Shown: positions 37,470 to 51,299, counted from the first letter of the stretch. The stretch: 64,000 bases of DNA from Callorhinchus milii (GCF_018977255.1 NW_024704742.1:100752001-100816000); one strand, 5' to 3'. Notes: generated from the letters alone by a model not told the origin. Translations and numbers: made by a program.

Positions 37470-37660
37470 CTGCCTCCCCTCCCCCACCCCCACCATGATG
37501 CCTCCCCCACCCCCCCCCATGATGCCTCCCCCACCACCCCCCCATGATGCCTCCCCCCACCACCCCCCCATGATGCCTCCCCCCCCATGATGCCCCCCCA
37601 CCATGATGCCTCCCCCACCACCCCCCTCCACCCCCCCATGATGCCTTCCCCATGATGCAC
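37470..37660. repeat. C-rich minisatellite with 8 CATGATG cores; G-rich on the gene's sense strand
   Basis: Direct reading: repeated ccccccatgatgcctcccccacca-like units. Confidence 0.92.
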
Positions 37661-37770
37661 AGGAGTAGCACAGCATGGGAATGCTGAGAGCTGGAGAGTG
37701 GGGGGGTGGAGGGTGACTCTCTGCCTGGCCCGTGTGTGTGTGTGTGTGTGTGAGTGAGTGAGTGCCTCAC

Positions 37771-37800
37771 CTGGTTGTTGACATTGACTGGAGCAGCCAT
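37771..37800 (-). CDS. First coding exon of an unidentified protein-coding gene (MAAPVNVNNQ, phase-0 intron follows)
   Basis: cagcaccATGG Kozak context, 10 codons, CAG/GTGAG donor, directly downstream of a CpG-dense segment; protein not recognised. Confidence 0.62.
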
Positions 37801-37839
37801 GGTGCTGTGTGTGTGTGTGTGTGTTGCTGCTGCTGCTCT

Positions 37840-37985
37840 GCTCGGGATCACACACTGTGGAACGGTCCCCGGAGCTCGAGGTCGCGCACGCGCTCCAGGC
37901 CCAGGCTCCGCGCGTACGGCGGCCCCGCCGAGTCAGAAAGGACCCCGACTCGCAGCCACTCGAAATAAACGCGTTTCAGAAAGGA
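37840..37985 (-). promoter_or_regulatory. Small CpG island / promoter and 5' UTR
   Basis: Densest non-repeat CpG cluster in the window (gtcgcgcacgcgc, ccgcgcgtacggcggccccgccg); tcgcgc and gcgcacgcgc resemble known promoter motifs. Confidence 0.75.
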
Positions 37986-38174
37986 AGCAGTGTGGGGGGG
38001 TGTGTGGGTATCTGTGTGTGTGGGTGAGTGGTGGAGAAATGCTACCAGCGAAGTTGTAATTTTAATATGAGCATTTACAAACTGTTGCATTGATGGCTAC
38101 CGTGCAAAAGCCATTCTCTCGTCCTCCCCACCCCCCACCCCCCTCCAAAAAAAAACCCTCACTTAGCCTCAGTA

Positions 38175-38495
38175 GTAATAAATAAATAATCTTTGCATTT
38201 GATATAGCGCTTTTCACGTCGGGAGGACGTCCCAAAGCGCTTCACAGAACACACTGTAACGTGAATTGACTATATTTGTGGGCGAACGTGGCAGCCAATT
38301 GCGCACAGCAATGTCCCACAAACAGTCGTAGATTGAAAATGACCAATTTATTATTGTTTTTGGTTTTGGAGGATTATTATTAGGCTCCGTGTGGAGTAAG
38401 GAAACTTGCCCAACGTTTCGCCCTCTGCCTGGAATTGAACTCAGGTCTCTCAGTTGCAAAGCGAGTGCTCTAACCACTGAGCTACAGGACTCCAC
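38175..38495 (-). mobile_element. Young full-length tRNA/Deu SINE
   Basis: Near-identical reverse complement of 33037-33367. Confidence 0.93.
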
Positions 38496-38719
38496 AAATG
38501 ATGACATAAAGGTAATCCTTGCATTTGATCCAGCGCCTTATCACGCCGTTGAGATGTCTCAGAACGCTTCACGGAAGATATTGTAAAGTGCAGTGACTGC
38601 GTTTTGTGGGCAAACAAGACATAGGTAATCCTGAGAGCTAAAGTGAAAGAAAGGGATATTTTTGTTGATGATTGCCGTTTGCGTTTTAAAAAGAGAGAAC
38701 ATTTCACAAGATAATACAT

Positions 38720-39060
38720 AATCCTTACATTTGATACAGCCCCTTTCCCATCAGGAAGATGCCTCAAAGTGCTTCACAGGATTTACTATAGTGCAGTGAC
38801 TGTATTTTGTTGGCAAACAGGGCAGCTCATTTTAGCAGAGCAATATCTCACAAACAACCATGAGGTGAATGACCTTATTTTATTCGGAGGATTGTTGGGT
38901 AGGACACTGGGAGAAATTTATTTCGCTTTTCAAATACTGCCATAGGATCCACCTTCAGAAGAAAACAAGCCCTCAGTTCAATGTCTCATCTGAAGGAAGT
39001 TATCTCCACAATACAGAACACCCCCAATACTGCATTGGAGTGTCAGCCTGGACCAGTGTT
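38720..39060 (-). mobile_element. Older DeuSINE-type fragment
   Basis: Tail plus cagttcaatgtctcatctgaag and tactgcattggagtgtcagcct segments. Confidence 0.65.
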
Positions 39061-39064
39061 GCAC

Positions 39065-41180
39065 AATAGAAATCATAGAATCATAGAATTGTACAGCACA
39101 AAAAGAGGCCATTCTTTGAATAGAGCAATGTAATGTCAATCCCATTCCCCAGCCCTTTCCCCATAACGCTGCAAACCCGTCCTCCTCAAAGACCCATCCA
39201 CTGTGTTTTTAAAAGTAGTTATCGAATCGGCCTCCACCACTCTTTTAGGCAATGTATTCCAGATTCGAACAACTCGCTGCGTGAAAAAAATTTCTTCTCA
39301 CCTCCCCTCTGCTTCTTTTAGAAACTATTTTAAATCTGTGACCTCGAGTCACTGACACACCCACCAGTGGAAACAGTTTTCCCTTTCTAACCTATCAACT
39401 TCCCTCATGACTTTGAAGACCTCTATTAGGTCTCCTCGTAACCTTCTCTGCTCCAATGAGGATAATCCCAGTCTCACTAGCCTTTCCTCATGATCAAGGT
39501 CCCTCATTCCTGGTACCATCCTCGTAAATCTCCTCTGCACCCTTTCCAATGCCTTAACATCCTTCCTATAGTGTGATGCCCAGAACTGGGCGCAGTATTC
39601 TAACTGAGGCCTAACCAGTGTTTTATATAGGTTAATCATAACCTCCTGACTCTTGTTCTCTTTGTCCCTATTTATAAAGCCTAGTATCCCATATGCCCTT
39701 TTTACAGTTTTATCTACCTGTCCTGCCACCTTCAAGGATTCATTTACCTGAACCCCCAGGTCACTCTGTTCCTTCATCCCCCGGATTATAGTTTCCAGGA
39801 GTTTCCCCACTACTGATGTTAGGCTGACTGGCCTGTAGTTCCCAGGCTTGTCCTTCTGCCCCTTTATGTACAGGGGAGTAACATTGGCCACTCTCCAGTC
39901 CTCTGGCACCACCCCTGTGTCTAACGAAGATCGAAAAATTGTAGCCAAAGTCTCTGCTATTTGTACCCGTGCCTCCCATAGTACACTTGGCTGCATCCCG
40001 TCCGGACCGGGCAACTTATCTACCCTGAACTCAGTCAACCTTTTCAGTACTTCCTCTCTGTTTATACTTATCCTATCCATTTCCTCTACCCTCTCCTCCG
40101 CTACTGCGGCATTTGGTGCATCCACTTCTTCTGTGAAGACAGATGCAAAGTACTCATTCTGTAAATCAGCCACGCCCTCTGCCTCCACAATAAGGTTTCC
40201 GCCTTGGTCCTTAATTGGCCCCACCCTTCCTTTGACTACCCTTTTTTTCTTGATATGTTTGTAAAATATTTTAGGATTCCCTTTATTGTTACCCATTAAC
40301 CTTTTTTCGTATAATCTTTTTGCCCCTCTTATTTTCTTTTTCAGTTCTCTTCTGTACTTCCTAGATTCTATTTGGTTGTCTTCTGTAACTTGGGTTTGAC
40401 ATTTGTCGTACGCCTCCTTTTTCTGCTTCATTCTAGACACAATTACCTTCGTCATCCAGGGAGGTTTGGATGCCCTACTTTTCCCTTTTGTGGGAATGTA
40501 ATTGTTGTGTCCCCGAGCGATCTCATCCTTGAAGATTTCCCACTGCTCATTAGTTGTTTTACCTGCCAAGCTTTCTTTCCAGTCTCTAGGTCCCTTTTGA
40601 ACTCACTGAAATTAGCCCTCTTCCAGTTGAGTATCTTCACCTTTGATGGTTCCTTGTCCTTTTCCATATGCACTCTGAATTTAATGATGTTGTGATCACT
40701 ATTGCCCAGATGCTCTCCCACTGAAACCTGCTCCACTTACCCTACTTCATTCCCCAGAATTTGATCCAGCACTGCTTCCTTTCTCGTTGGACTGGAAACG
40801 TACTGATCAAGAAAGTTGTCCTGTATGCATTTTAGGAATCTTTCCCCCTCCTTGCCCTTTGTGCTGTTGTTTTGCCAGTCTATGTTGGGATAATTAAAGT
40901 CCCCCATTATCACGACTCTATTGGCCTTGCTCATCTATTTCCTTCCTACTATTTGGTGGTCTATAATATACCCCTACCAGCATAACAGCTCCTTTTTTGT
41001 TCCTTAACTCTGACCAGATAGATTCTGTTTTGGGGCCCTCCAGCACCTCAACCCTTTCCACGGCTATAACTGTATCCTTGATTAAAATTGCCATTCCCCC
41101 TCCTTTTTTCCTTCCCTATCCCTCCTGAATACATTATAGCCAGGCATATTCAGCTCTCATTCCTGTCCTTCTTTGAGCCA
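39065..41180 (-). mobile_element. CR1 LINE (different subfamily) with the RT core deleted
   Basis: VVIMGDFNYPNIDW, LGNSDHNII, PGPDGM, NYRPVSLTSVVGKLLETIIR joined directly to EQSDLGVQV; RPQLEYCAQFW; catagaat-type tail. Confidence 0.95.
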
Positions 41181-41729
41181 CTGACTAGCCACGGGTATGG
41201 CTACGTTGACACCAATTTAGCCAAATGCACTAATTTTAGTAGAAAACACTCAAATAATACAGGTAAACAAAGTTCACATGTATGGCTACAATGTACATTT
41301 ATGTAATGAACATCCAGCACCATTCAGTGCGAAACTTTGCAGGTTAACCTTTAATTTCTTTGTTTGCGAGATGTGCCCCAGCTTTCCATCCAGAGGGATG
41401 CATGCTGCTTGTGTGTTGTTGGAGCTGCTTGTTGTTGGCTGGGCTTGCGTTCTTCTGCTGGCCTGGAATGGTTATTCTGAGTGGTCGAGCTGACAATGAT
41501 TGACAGCTCCCCTCTCTGTACAATATTGTGTTTCCATGATGCTGAAATCAAGCGTTTTCACCAGCGTTATATGCCATTTTAGCAGATAACCAATAAAGAG
41601 TAACCAAGGAAATAAAGCACTTAAAACGATCAAGAAACACTCGCACGCACTGCTTTATGTCTTTCCAATTTAACCAACAAATGCACAAAAAGGTCAAAGT
41701 GCACAGATATAGGAAAAGACCTAATAAAT

Positions 41730-42280
41730 GGGGGCTTTTTTCTTTGGAGCTCAGAAGGCTGAGATGAGATATGATAGAGGTGTATAAGATGATGGGAGGC
41801 TTAGATTGGGCGGATTAGGGAAAGATTAGTTCTGGAGGTTCGTGAGTTTAGAACTAATAATAATAATAATAACCTTGCATTTGATATAGCGCTTTTCACG
41901 TCTTCTAGACATCTCAAAGCGCTTCACAGAATATACTGTAAAGTGAATGTATATTTGTGGGCGAAACAACGTGGTAGCCAATTGCGTACAGCTTTTAGAA
42001 TCAGAACTGGGAGGTCCAGAACGGAGATGAAGAAAAAAGTTTTCACATAGAGTGTGGAATTCTCTGCAACAGTCAGTTGTTGGAGCGGCAACAATGTGCA
42101 TATTAAAAAAGAAGACTGGACGCATGTTTGAGGGAGTTTAAACTAGAAGATTTGGGAAAGGACCAGAGTGAGGGACTAGGGATATGATCTAGGATGGGTA
42201 TTTCTGTGAAGTGTAAGCACCAGCCAGAATGGATGGATTGAGTAAACGGTTTCTCAACTGTACCATCTATGAATTTATAT
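41730..42280 (+). mobile_element. Old CR1 3' fragment interrupted by a SINE tail (~41855-41992, minus)
   Basis: ttttctttggagctcagaaggctgagatgagatatgatagaggtgtataagat..gtgtggaattctctg. Confidence 0.7.
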
Positions 42281-45109
42281 AAAAAAGATCTGCTGACATT
42301 TTCAGGTGGATGCCTCCTTTCACAAGCATCAATAATAATCCTTACTTTCTTTTTAAGTGTCTTTCAGGTCTCAAAGGACCGCACAAGATTCACTGTAACA
42401 TTTGGTAATTATTTTTATTTAGCTGAACAAGAGAATATTGGAGAGGGAGATAGATTGTAGAATCTTCCTGATTCTATGTAATTGTCGCTCTTTTTTTGGT
42501 GAATAAAGTATCAGTCTTCATGTTCACATTGTACACTCCCATTCACAATTGTACTCTGTTTGCAGTTTGATTCTACTTACCCTGTGACATTTAATTCCCC
42601 TGTGACATTTGAGGCTCTATCTACCCTGTCAGAGTTTTGCTGCATGATTTGATAGGAAATTGGAGCTGTAGGGGAACATTTACAAGGAGACTTTTTACAT
42701 CATTATCTGTTTGATAATTGTTAATGCAAAACATACCAATAAAATGTCAAGCCCACATTTTCCTTTGTGCTGGTAAGAAATACCTACTGTAAAATATTAG
42801 ATGTGATCAAATAGTTTAAAGTTCATGGGAGCTATTTCTAAGATTGAAATAGTTAAATAACATCTCCAGTCTTTTGAATGCAAACAGTACAAAATTTATT
42901 ATTAACACTTAAAGCATCAGAACATAACATATAGCATATGAAGCAGGCCCTTCAAATTTATTAAAATATTGTATCAAATTCTTAGCATTACAACTTTACC
43001 TATGAATACTTTGATATAAATAAACCCTTCAAGACAGTTTTTAGTTTTTTTAGTTCAAGTTCTTTTAAGTTTTTGCTTGCCAATTTTTAAAGTTCCATTC
43101 CTGCAATTACACCTCATATATTTCTGACATTTTAGCAATAAAATGCATATTGTAGAAATGAATGTAAATTTTTATCTGTTTAATTCCTCCCATTTTCTCT
43201 GATTCACATCAGGTGCATCTTCACAAATAAATAATTCCTCGACAGTAGGCAATGGGAACAGCCATCAGAAAATGGAATCAATTTTGTTCTCTTCCTAACC
43301 TAGGAACTCAATGTCAATTATAGCTGTTTTACTGCTGCCCTCGTTGAGATAAGCTAACTTAGTACAGATCAGGAATTGATCTTGGGACCTTCCTGATCTG
43401 TATGGATTAGTTCTATATTGAGCAATGCTTGTACCATTAGACAAACATTTTTAACAACACCATTATTGTAATCCCAGATTGAAGATAAAATCTAAAGATG
43501 CCTTCAATGATAATGTGCTACCAAAATGCTGACTCCTTTAAGCAATCACAATGGAGTGGTTCACTGGCACGTCATCAAGCTTCACCACTGTTAAGTGCTC
43601 CGAGACACTACTCCGCATGAAGAGTGATATATAAATGTAAATTGTTGTTGGTAAAAATATTTTATTTGCATCTTGCGCGAAATAAAAATGATACAATGTG
43701 TATTGTTAATTACCTCAGGTCAACATAAAACATGTTGCTTGCATCACTTCTGTTTTTACCTTGATCTGCAAAGCTAACAAATAAAATTAGAAGAGTAAAA
43801 TCCAGAAAATGTCTATTCTTTTCAGTCTTTATTTATTGAAGACTGTGCTTACAGTCACCTCCCCTCTCTCCCCAGCTTGCTGTCAAACTATGCATCTGTT
43901 AAATGCTCCAAGATGCTACCATGTTTGAAGGATACTATATAATTGTAACTCTTTGTTGTTTTAAGTAAAAAAAAGACTCAGCAAAAGGAAAAAGCCTCAA
44001 ACTAAAATAGAAGTAAAAGTGAATGGTCTTGAAATGATTCACTTTTTCCATCAAATGTCGACCTTTTCTATGAAGCAGTGATAAAACCAATAGGTTTTCC
44101 ATTTTAAGTTTGTGATTTTATTGGTGACATTACTTGTTGAAGAGTATATTTCAATGTACCAGTCAGTTTGTTGGTTGGTTGTTTTGTTGGTTGGTTGGTT
44201 TGTTTGTGTATTCGTTTATTTATTTTAAAAATCATTGTATAAATTATATTAAATTGAACGGTGATTACTTAAAGCTCGAAATAAATGCTATATATTATTC
44301 CAGCTAAATCCAGTTGATAAATACAATGTAAGTGAATTACAGTTCTTTCCTTTGACTGCATAGAAGATTCAATGAGTTATTTTGCAAAGGCAGGTGAATT
44401 TGGATGCAATACTTAAAGTGGACACATAGTGTCTCTGTCACACCAAAACATAATTATTTGAAATGTATTTTTTTAAATTGATAAAAGGATTAAGTGATGA
44501 ATAATTCAAAAATGCACATGGAGAAATTCAGAAGTTTTATAGACAAACAATTCACATCAAGTAACTTTCACTGCAACATATTAACTATTAAACCAAATTA
44601 ATTCATTTAGAAAACAGCTTGCCATTTGGGATAACATAGCTTGATGTTGTGAATGGGAAAAAGGTAGAATGGGTATTCTGGAAGATTGAAATTAAATGGT
44701 CTGAAGTGCCTTCACAATTGTGTGATTTAGGCATAATATCTCAATTAGAATCACCGAATCATAGAAATTTACAGAAGGAGACCATTCGACTAATTTATCT
44801 CTGGTTCTCAGAGCAATTCTAGGAACTACATATGTAGTTACACTGAATGGTTACCAGGATAAATGCATTGGTAAAAGCATATTCTGGTTGTATATTACTG
44901 CTGACAAGATTATTTTCTACCTTAAATAACAAGTATAATATGCATTTTTATAAATACAATGTTGTGCAAATATTAAATAGGGTCAAAATCAATTAGTTTC
45001 CCATTTTCTTCTATTTTCCACATGATGAGTTTGTGATCTGAGTAGGGTTGCCAAGGAAAGTGGTTAATAAGTAACTTGATGCTTCAGGAAGAATGATTGG
45101 CAAAGGAGC

Positions 45110-45362
45110 CACTGGTGTTCATATCCTAGTGGCTGGTTAAGAGTGGTATGAGCAGAGAAGGCACTTCTCCCAGCGTCAACAATTCCCCAATTAAAATTGG
45201 TCATTCGCTTCATGGCTGTTTGTGGGACATCACTTTGCGCCAATGGGTTGCCACGTTCACCTACAAATACACAGTTATCACACTTTACAGTAAAATCCTG
45301 TGAAGCACTTTCAGACATCCTTCTGCTGTGAAAGGCTCGGCAGCAAATGCAAGGATTATTAT
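45110..45362 (+). mobile_element. Older DeuSINE-type 3' half
   Basis: aaattggtcattcgcttcatggctgtttgtgggacatc core plus tail. Confidence 0.7.
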
Positions 45363-45994
45363 TTTGTCTTGGGGCAGATTGTCTGCTCTAGCTCTTGCCC
45401 AGACAACTAAAATAAGGGAGAAAGTGAAGTAAAGAAAGGAGAAAGGTAATAGAAAGGAAGGACACAATATGGTAAGAAGGATACTCTTGCAAAGTTTTTT
45501 TTATGGTTCGAGATTCAATTAGACAAACTATTATAGCCATTTAAATGCTCTTTGGATAGCCTGCCAGGTAGGCAGATCTCCTCTGTGGTGACCGTCTCAT
45601 TTTTAGATTCAACATCTGGTTCCCATTAACAGTTGATTAATTAACTTGGATTTTATGATTGCCTTGAACAAAACCCTGCTGCTGTAATACTGCAATTTTC
45701 ATGCCTAGGTGGCATGCATGGAACACTCAGCCTGGTTTGGTTACTCGTAAACATGGTGATGGGCTTCTGCATTATCAGACTCCCAGTTGACCAAAAAAAA
45801 CCTGTAATACTGGACAGCAAATTGGTGACATTACAGCATGCAGAAACTCAGTGATAATAGATGTGGAAGTCACTGCAGAAGTTGTGGTTGAATCAGAATG
45901 TACCAATGTTTTAAGAGGAAATTGAATGCATACATGAGGGAGAAAGGAACAGAGAGGTTTTGATGATGGGATTAAGAGGGCAGAAGTTACTGAT

Positions 45995-47190
45995 GTCGCT
46001 CTCTCTCTGTGACCAGGGCTCCCTCTGCCTCTTCATTCTCCTTGATCTCTCCCTGGTGTTCGACACAGTCGATCAAGTCATCCTCCTCCACTGCTTTTCC
46101 TCCCTCATCACCTTTGTGGAACCGCACCGCACGGTTGAAGTGTTACTTCACTAACCGCCAACAATTTATCTCAGCAAACGGGTTCTCCAACCGCCCTGCC
46201 CAGTCACCTGCAGGATACCTAAGGCTCCTCCCTTGGGCCCCTTCTTTTCATAATTTACTCGGTGACGCATGCGGATGACACCCCAACCTACTTCTCCTGC
46301 TCCTCCAGCTGTGTCTCTCAGTCCGCTGATGTCCTCTCAGCTTGCCTGAGGGACATCAAGGCCTGGATGAGCACAAATTTCCTGCTGCTGAACGTCAGTA
46401 AGACTTTGGCTCCCATCAACGTCTTCTCTCCTGCGGGTCCAAACTCCTCAATCTCCCCGGGCTCTCCCTCAGACTCACCGAACCCATGCACAATCTAGCT
46501 GTCGGGTTCGATCCCCAGCTTTCCTTTTTCCCCTACATCCGTTCCCTGACCAGAACTGCTCTTTTCCGCCTCCGCCACATTGTCCACCTCTATCCATACC
46601 TCATACTCACAGCAGCCAAAACCCTCGCCCGTGTCTTTATTATTTCCCTGCTGGACTTTTCAAATGCCCTCCTCACTGGCATCCCCAGTTCCATCATACA
46701 TAAAATGCAATTAATTCAGAACTCTGCTGCCCGGATACTAAACCACCCAAACCTCTGTAACCCAATCACACCAGTCCTTGCCAGGCTGCATTGACTCCCA
46801 ATTTCCAAACAGATTGACTTCAAGATCCTCTCTCTCATTTCAAATCCCTCGCACCTTCTTATCTTTCCGACTAGCTCACCCCAACTCCACCACCTGCTGC
46901 CTCGGCTTGGCCAGCTCTGGCTTCCTGTTTGTCCCTCGTCCCTCTGCTCCACCATTGACACCTATGCTTTCAGTCACTACATCCCGAAGCTCTGGAACTT
47001 TCTCCCTCAATCCCTCTGCCTTGCCCCCTCCCACTTTCAAATCCTGCCTAAAGACCTTCCTTTTTGATCGTGCTTATGGTCACCTCCCCACTCCCTCTCC
47101 CCCTGGCTCGGGGTCAGACTCCTCCACTGTTAAGGGCTCTGGGATGCTACCTGGCATGAAAGGTGCGATATAAATGCAGTTGTTGTTGTT
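45995..47190 (+). mobile_element. L2 LINE RT/3' fragment inserted in an old CR1 3' end (~45850-45990, ~47190-47270)
   Basis: DQGSLCLFILLDLSLVFDTVD, HADDTP, LDFSNALL, QNSAARIL, FKSCLKTFLFDRAY; (GTT)n tail. Confidence 0.92.
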
Positions 47191-50100
47191 AAGGAGAAGT
47201 GCAAATATGCACAGACTTTTGGGACTGAATGACCTGTTTGTGTGTTGTACAGTTTATGTAACTCTATGTAAAAATCATTTGTGAGCAAGTGTGGTCAAAT
47301 CTAATGAATGTATTGGTAATTGGCAAATGGATTAATTCAAAAAAGTGGTTCCTGTGTTTAAAGTCTCTTTAAAATCTTATAATTGATTGCAGAAGAAACA
47401 AATATTTTCTGTAAAAATGGAAGGGAGTTGATATAGGAGATTCTTTGTCCTACAATCAAATTATAAGTAATAAATCTATTTCTAACCTTTCAAACTTGGT
47501 TGTTTGAGTTCCTCCTATACTTCAACAGTTGTATAATATCAAGACAAAACAAAAGGACCCAGCAAATGGATATTAATCGATTTAATGGATGGGCTATGTA
47601 CTATTCTGTTTGACTGAAAAACCAAGACAAGAATAACTGAATTTTATTTTACTGAAGCATTTTCATTCAGACCTATGGGAATTCTTACAGCTAAAACTGA
47701 AAACAATTAATGCAAGAATGAGCCTTAGTTTAGCAACTAATTATTGTGAATATCAACATTTTACATTTTAATAAGTTCACTTAACACTGCTACATTCATT
47801 GCATTCTCAAGCTGGTAAGCTAGCAAACTATTATTGGTGCTTAAAAGTCAATGTATACCTTGTTCAGTGTTTAAGTTGTTCAGTGTACAGAAAGAAGTAG
47901 CATTTGACTCTCCTTTTTGATGCATTGTTCTTTTTTTAATAAAGTTTTCTTTTAATTCTTATGTCTGATAATAATAAAATGACGCATAATTATAGAGCTG
48001 TATGCCAAAAGCAAATTACGAAATGAAATCTGGAACCTAATGATAGAATATGATGTTGATATTCAATACTCACAGCATGGCAAAAACTACAAGGCACAGG
48101 AATCCATGTTTACATGTATCCATAGTTTTGGCTCACGACTAGTTATGTAGACAGACACACCTGCACTCTTTCTGCACCATTGGCACTGTGAATGATCAGA
48201 TTTGATGGAGTTCTTTTGGCCCTTTCCTCCTGCCAGCTCTTGAAATTAGGCAAGTGAACCTTCGTCCAAATTGTTAGCATTACAGATAGTGACAAATTGC
48301 TCACAAGATAAACATGTGTTTGAATGAGACGTTAAACCAAGGTCCCATCTGCCTGATAGTGGATGTTAAAGAACCCATGGCACAATTCGAAAAAAACGTT
48401 TCTCCCCTGGTGTCCTGATCAACTATCCCTCATAGATTTGGTAAGTCACTTCACATCTGTTTGAGCTGGGTGCAAAATTGTCTGTCGGGTTTGGCCACAA
48501 AACCCAGTCGCTTCACTTTATAGTGGATCCTGTGAAGCGCTTTAAGACATTCTTCCAAAGAAAAAGCTGCTTTTTTAAAAATATTTCTTCCATTTATCTT
48601 CTCTAAAAGTGTATTTCCCTTTTTTTTGCTCTGCTCTGCCATTTTCAGTAGTGCCAGCAGGGGAAATTGAAGGACTCATTTGTAGAGGTGAAGCAGTTCA
48701 TAACAGAGATGCTAAAGTGATTAATTTGGGTGATTTCAGCTTGCAAAATTACATTCACTAGCAGCATATTTACTGCTGTAGGGTAAGTACAAAATATTAT
48801 GATAGCACTTTGGCAAAAAGAAACATTGCCAATATACTGGTAACAAAGCTTTTAACGCCCACTGAGCGAAGAATCCAGTCTGAAGATGTTTGAGAATTGC
48901 AATCATTTTTCAGATAGTTGTTTTCAGGACAAGTTTAATACCCTTGTTGTTTAGCACAAAAAACACAAAATAAATAATGTCTGTTTTTGCAGAAAGGAAG
49001 AATTGCCAGTCTCAGATGCAGATTGAGAATCTCTCCACAGTGTCTGTGTCTGAGTGTGTTTACGCTGTTTATATGCAAAGGTTTGTAATACATTGTAGGG
49101 TCTGAGTATTTTCTGAATACAGTGATTTACTAGGATTTTAGAGAAGGGAGATTGAAATAAAAAGGAACACGCTTACCTGGTGCAGAGGGATTATAAATAT
49201 GAAGAGGGTTTTGTGGGCAGGGGAGAAGACGCATAGAGTGGTACTGCCAAGTTTAGCATTTTTATCTCATGTTTGGGTCACACAGTGACTTACAACTAAT
49301 CCAAAATGCAAACATTTCTCCTAAAGCTTTTAGTTATACAACCCGCAATTTTGCTTTCTTTCTTTACATATTGTCGTTCACTATGCTGATAGTTTCAGCA
49401 ATCTATCCATCAGTATCCCCCCCACTCCCCCCATCTGTCTCCTGCATTGTATCTGTAGATTAATATAATTTTGGTTATATTCCTACTTGTTATTTTCTTC
49501 CATAATGTCATTATTTGGCATTTGTTCTCATTACCCCCCTGTCAGCCAAACTCTTTAATCTATCTAGATCCCTCTGTATCCCTCGAGGTAAATTATAATC
49601 ATACTTGCACATACAAACTACAATTCTGGTCCATAACAGATGGCATATTATAAAGTCAATTTATTGAATATTCTATATTAACAAGCAAAAGCGGGAGGAG
49701 CCAACTTCAACACGTTACAGGCCTGAAGCTGAGCGATGAATGACATAAATTCTGAAGGACGAAATCAGTAACAAATTTGCAGATATTCTATAATCCGTTC
49801 CTTATGTAAATTAGCAAAAGGAACTCTTTTAGGAATACTACAAACTTTGCATCACTATAAATTACACCATCACTATAATTTCCACCAAAGCTAGATTTAA
49901 GGTTGAAATACTGAGGCTGCCCCAGCAAGCATGAGAGGTAGGTGATCCTGGTCTATTGTGTAAGATTTGGAGAGGTTTCAATTACTATGAAATTATGAAT
50001 AATATTTAGATGTCAGGACTGTCAGGACCAGACCGGTAAAATCTGCTCTAATAAAAGGTTGGAGACTGATGAATGCATTGCAATTAGATGCAGGAGGAAG

Positions 50101-50779
50101 CAATTGTCCACACTGTGAGAATTTATATTGAGTAACAATTTTGACTTTCATGAAGGTGTGTACACAACGCATACAATACATGACCAAAGCAAAGTTTTGT
50201 GAAAGTCAATTAGGTCAAACGTTCCAATAGCAATGAGCTGGCCAGTATATATAATGCAAATTGTAATTATCCTTCTCTTAAAGCACATTAAATGATCAGT
50301 GTCACTATTAATCCCTTTAAGATACTTCAATTTTATAAACTCTTACAAGCATTTCCATCTATGTTCCAATAATTTCAAAATGGGAATCCAATTTCTTTTT
50401 AAAAATTCTTAAAAGTAAAATCCAATTATTTAGTGGGATCATTCAGCCCATTACATTTCTGATTGAACTGTCAGGGGACATCAAACATAACTAGCTGCCA
50501 GAACAAAATCATGCAGATTGGGATTTAAGGTAGAAATGCTTCTCTCCTGCCATGTTATGTTTGGTTCTGGCTCAACCTTCTCCTTGCAGAATATATTTCA
50601 GTTTTCATAAATGTATTTTCTTTTTCCTTTCAATGAATAATTTTTTTTGACGAAGTATATATAATAAAATGTTTACAAAACTCAGAAAATTAGCCCAGGT
50701 CAATCTCATCTGCCTCCTTCCACTCAATTATGCAACTTGGGAACAAGTCACAAAATCTGCTTACAAGCACATGTAAATG

Positions 50780-51030
50780 ATTTGGGAATACAATATACGC
50801 ATGCAATTTGGTATGTATGTGTATGCAAATTTAGTATACCATTTGTGTACAAATGGATATATAAAATATGTATATGATTGGATATACAATATGTGGATAC
50901 AATTCTGTGTACCATACGCAGATATTTGGCATAGAATAATTGTATATGATTTTGTGTATAATATGTGTATATGATTTAGTATTCAATGTGTATATATTTA
51001 GGATGTATTAACATATAATCTAGTATAAGA
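50780..51030. repeat. Low-complexity AT-rich (TATG-like) degenerate repeat
   Basis: Direct reading. Confidence 0.6.
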
Positions 51031-51299
51031 TACGTGGCACACAAGGATTTAGAGATTTATAGCCATCTTTAGTTGCAAAAAATGTCAAAGATTAACATAG
51101 TTTTATCTATGACATAGTGTCATCAGTCTTCTATTGTTTATTCCTTGACTGCAGAACTAGTCAGTAAAACTGTCTTTCACCCAACGAGAAACAACTTTTA
51201 AAACAACACTCTCTTTCATCCTGTAAGAACAATGAGCATGTTGAAGAAGCACAAAGGTAAGAATAGGCTTCAAAGCTGGAAACATATTTCAAATTTGAG

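Noticed and set aside
37470..37660. CRISPR-like spaced repeat
   Set aside because: Spacers are C-runs rather than unique sequence; eukaryotic context with no cas genes
37351..37855. Gly/His/Trp-rich ORFs of 86-166 aa
   Set aside because: Translations of the minisatellite, reading through the splice donor
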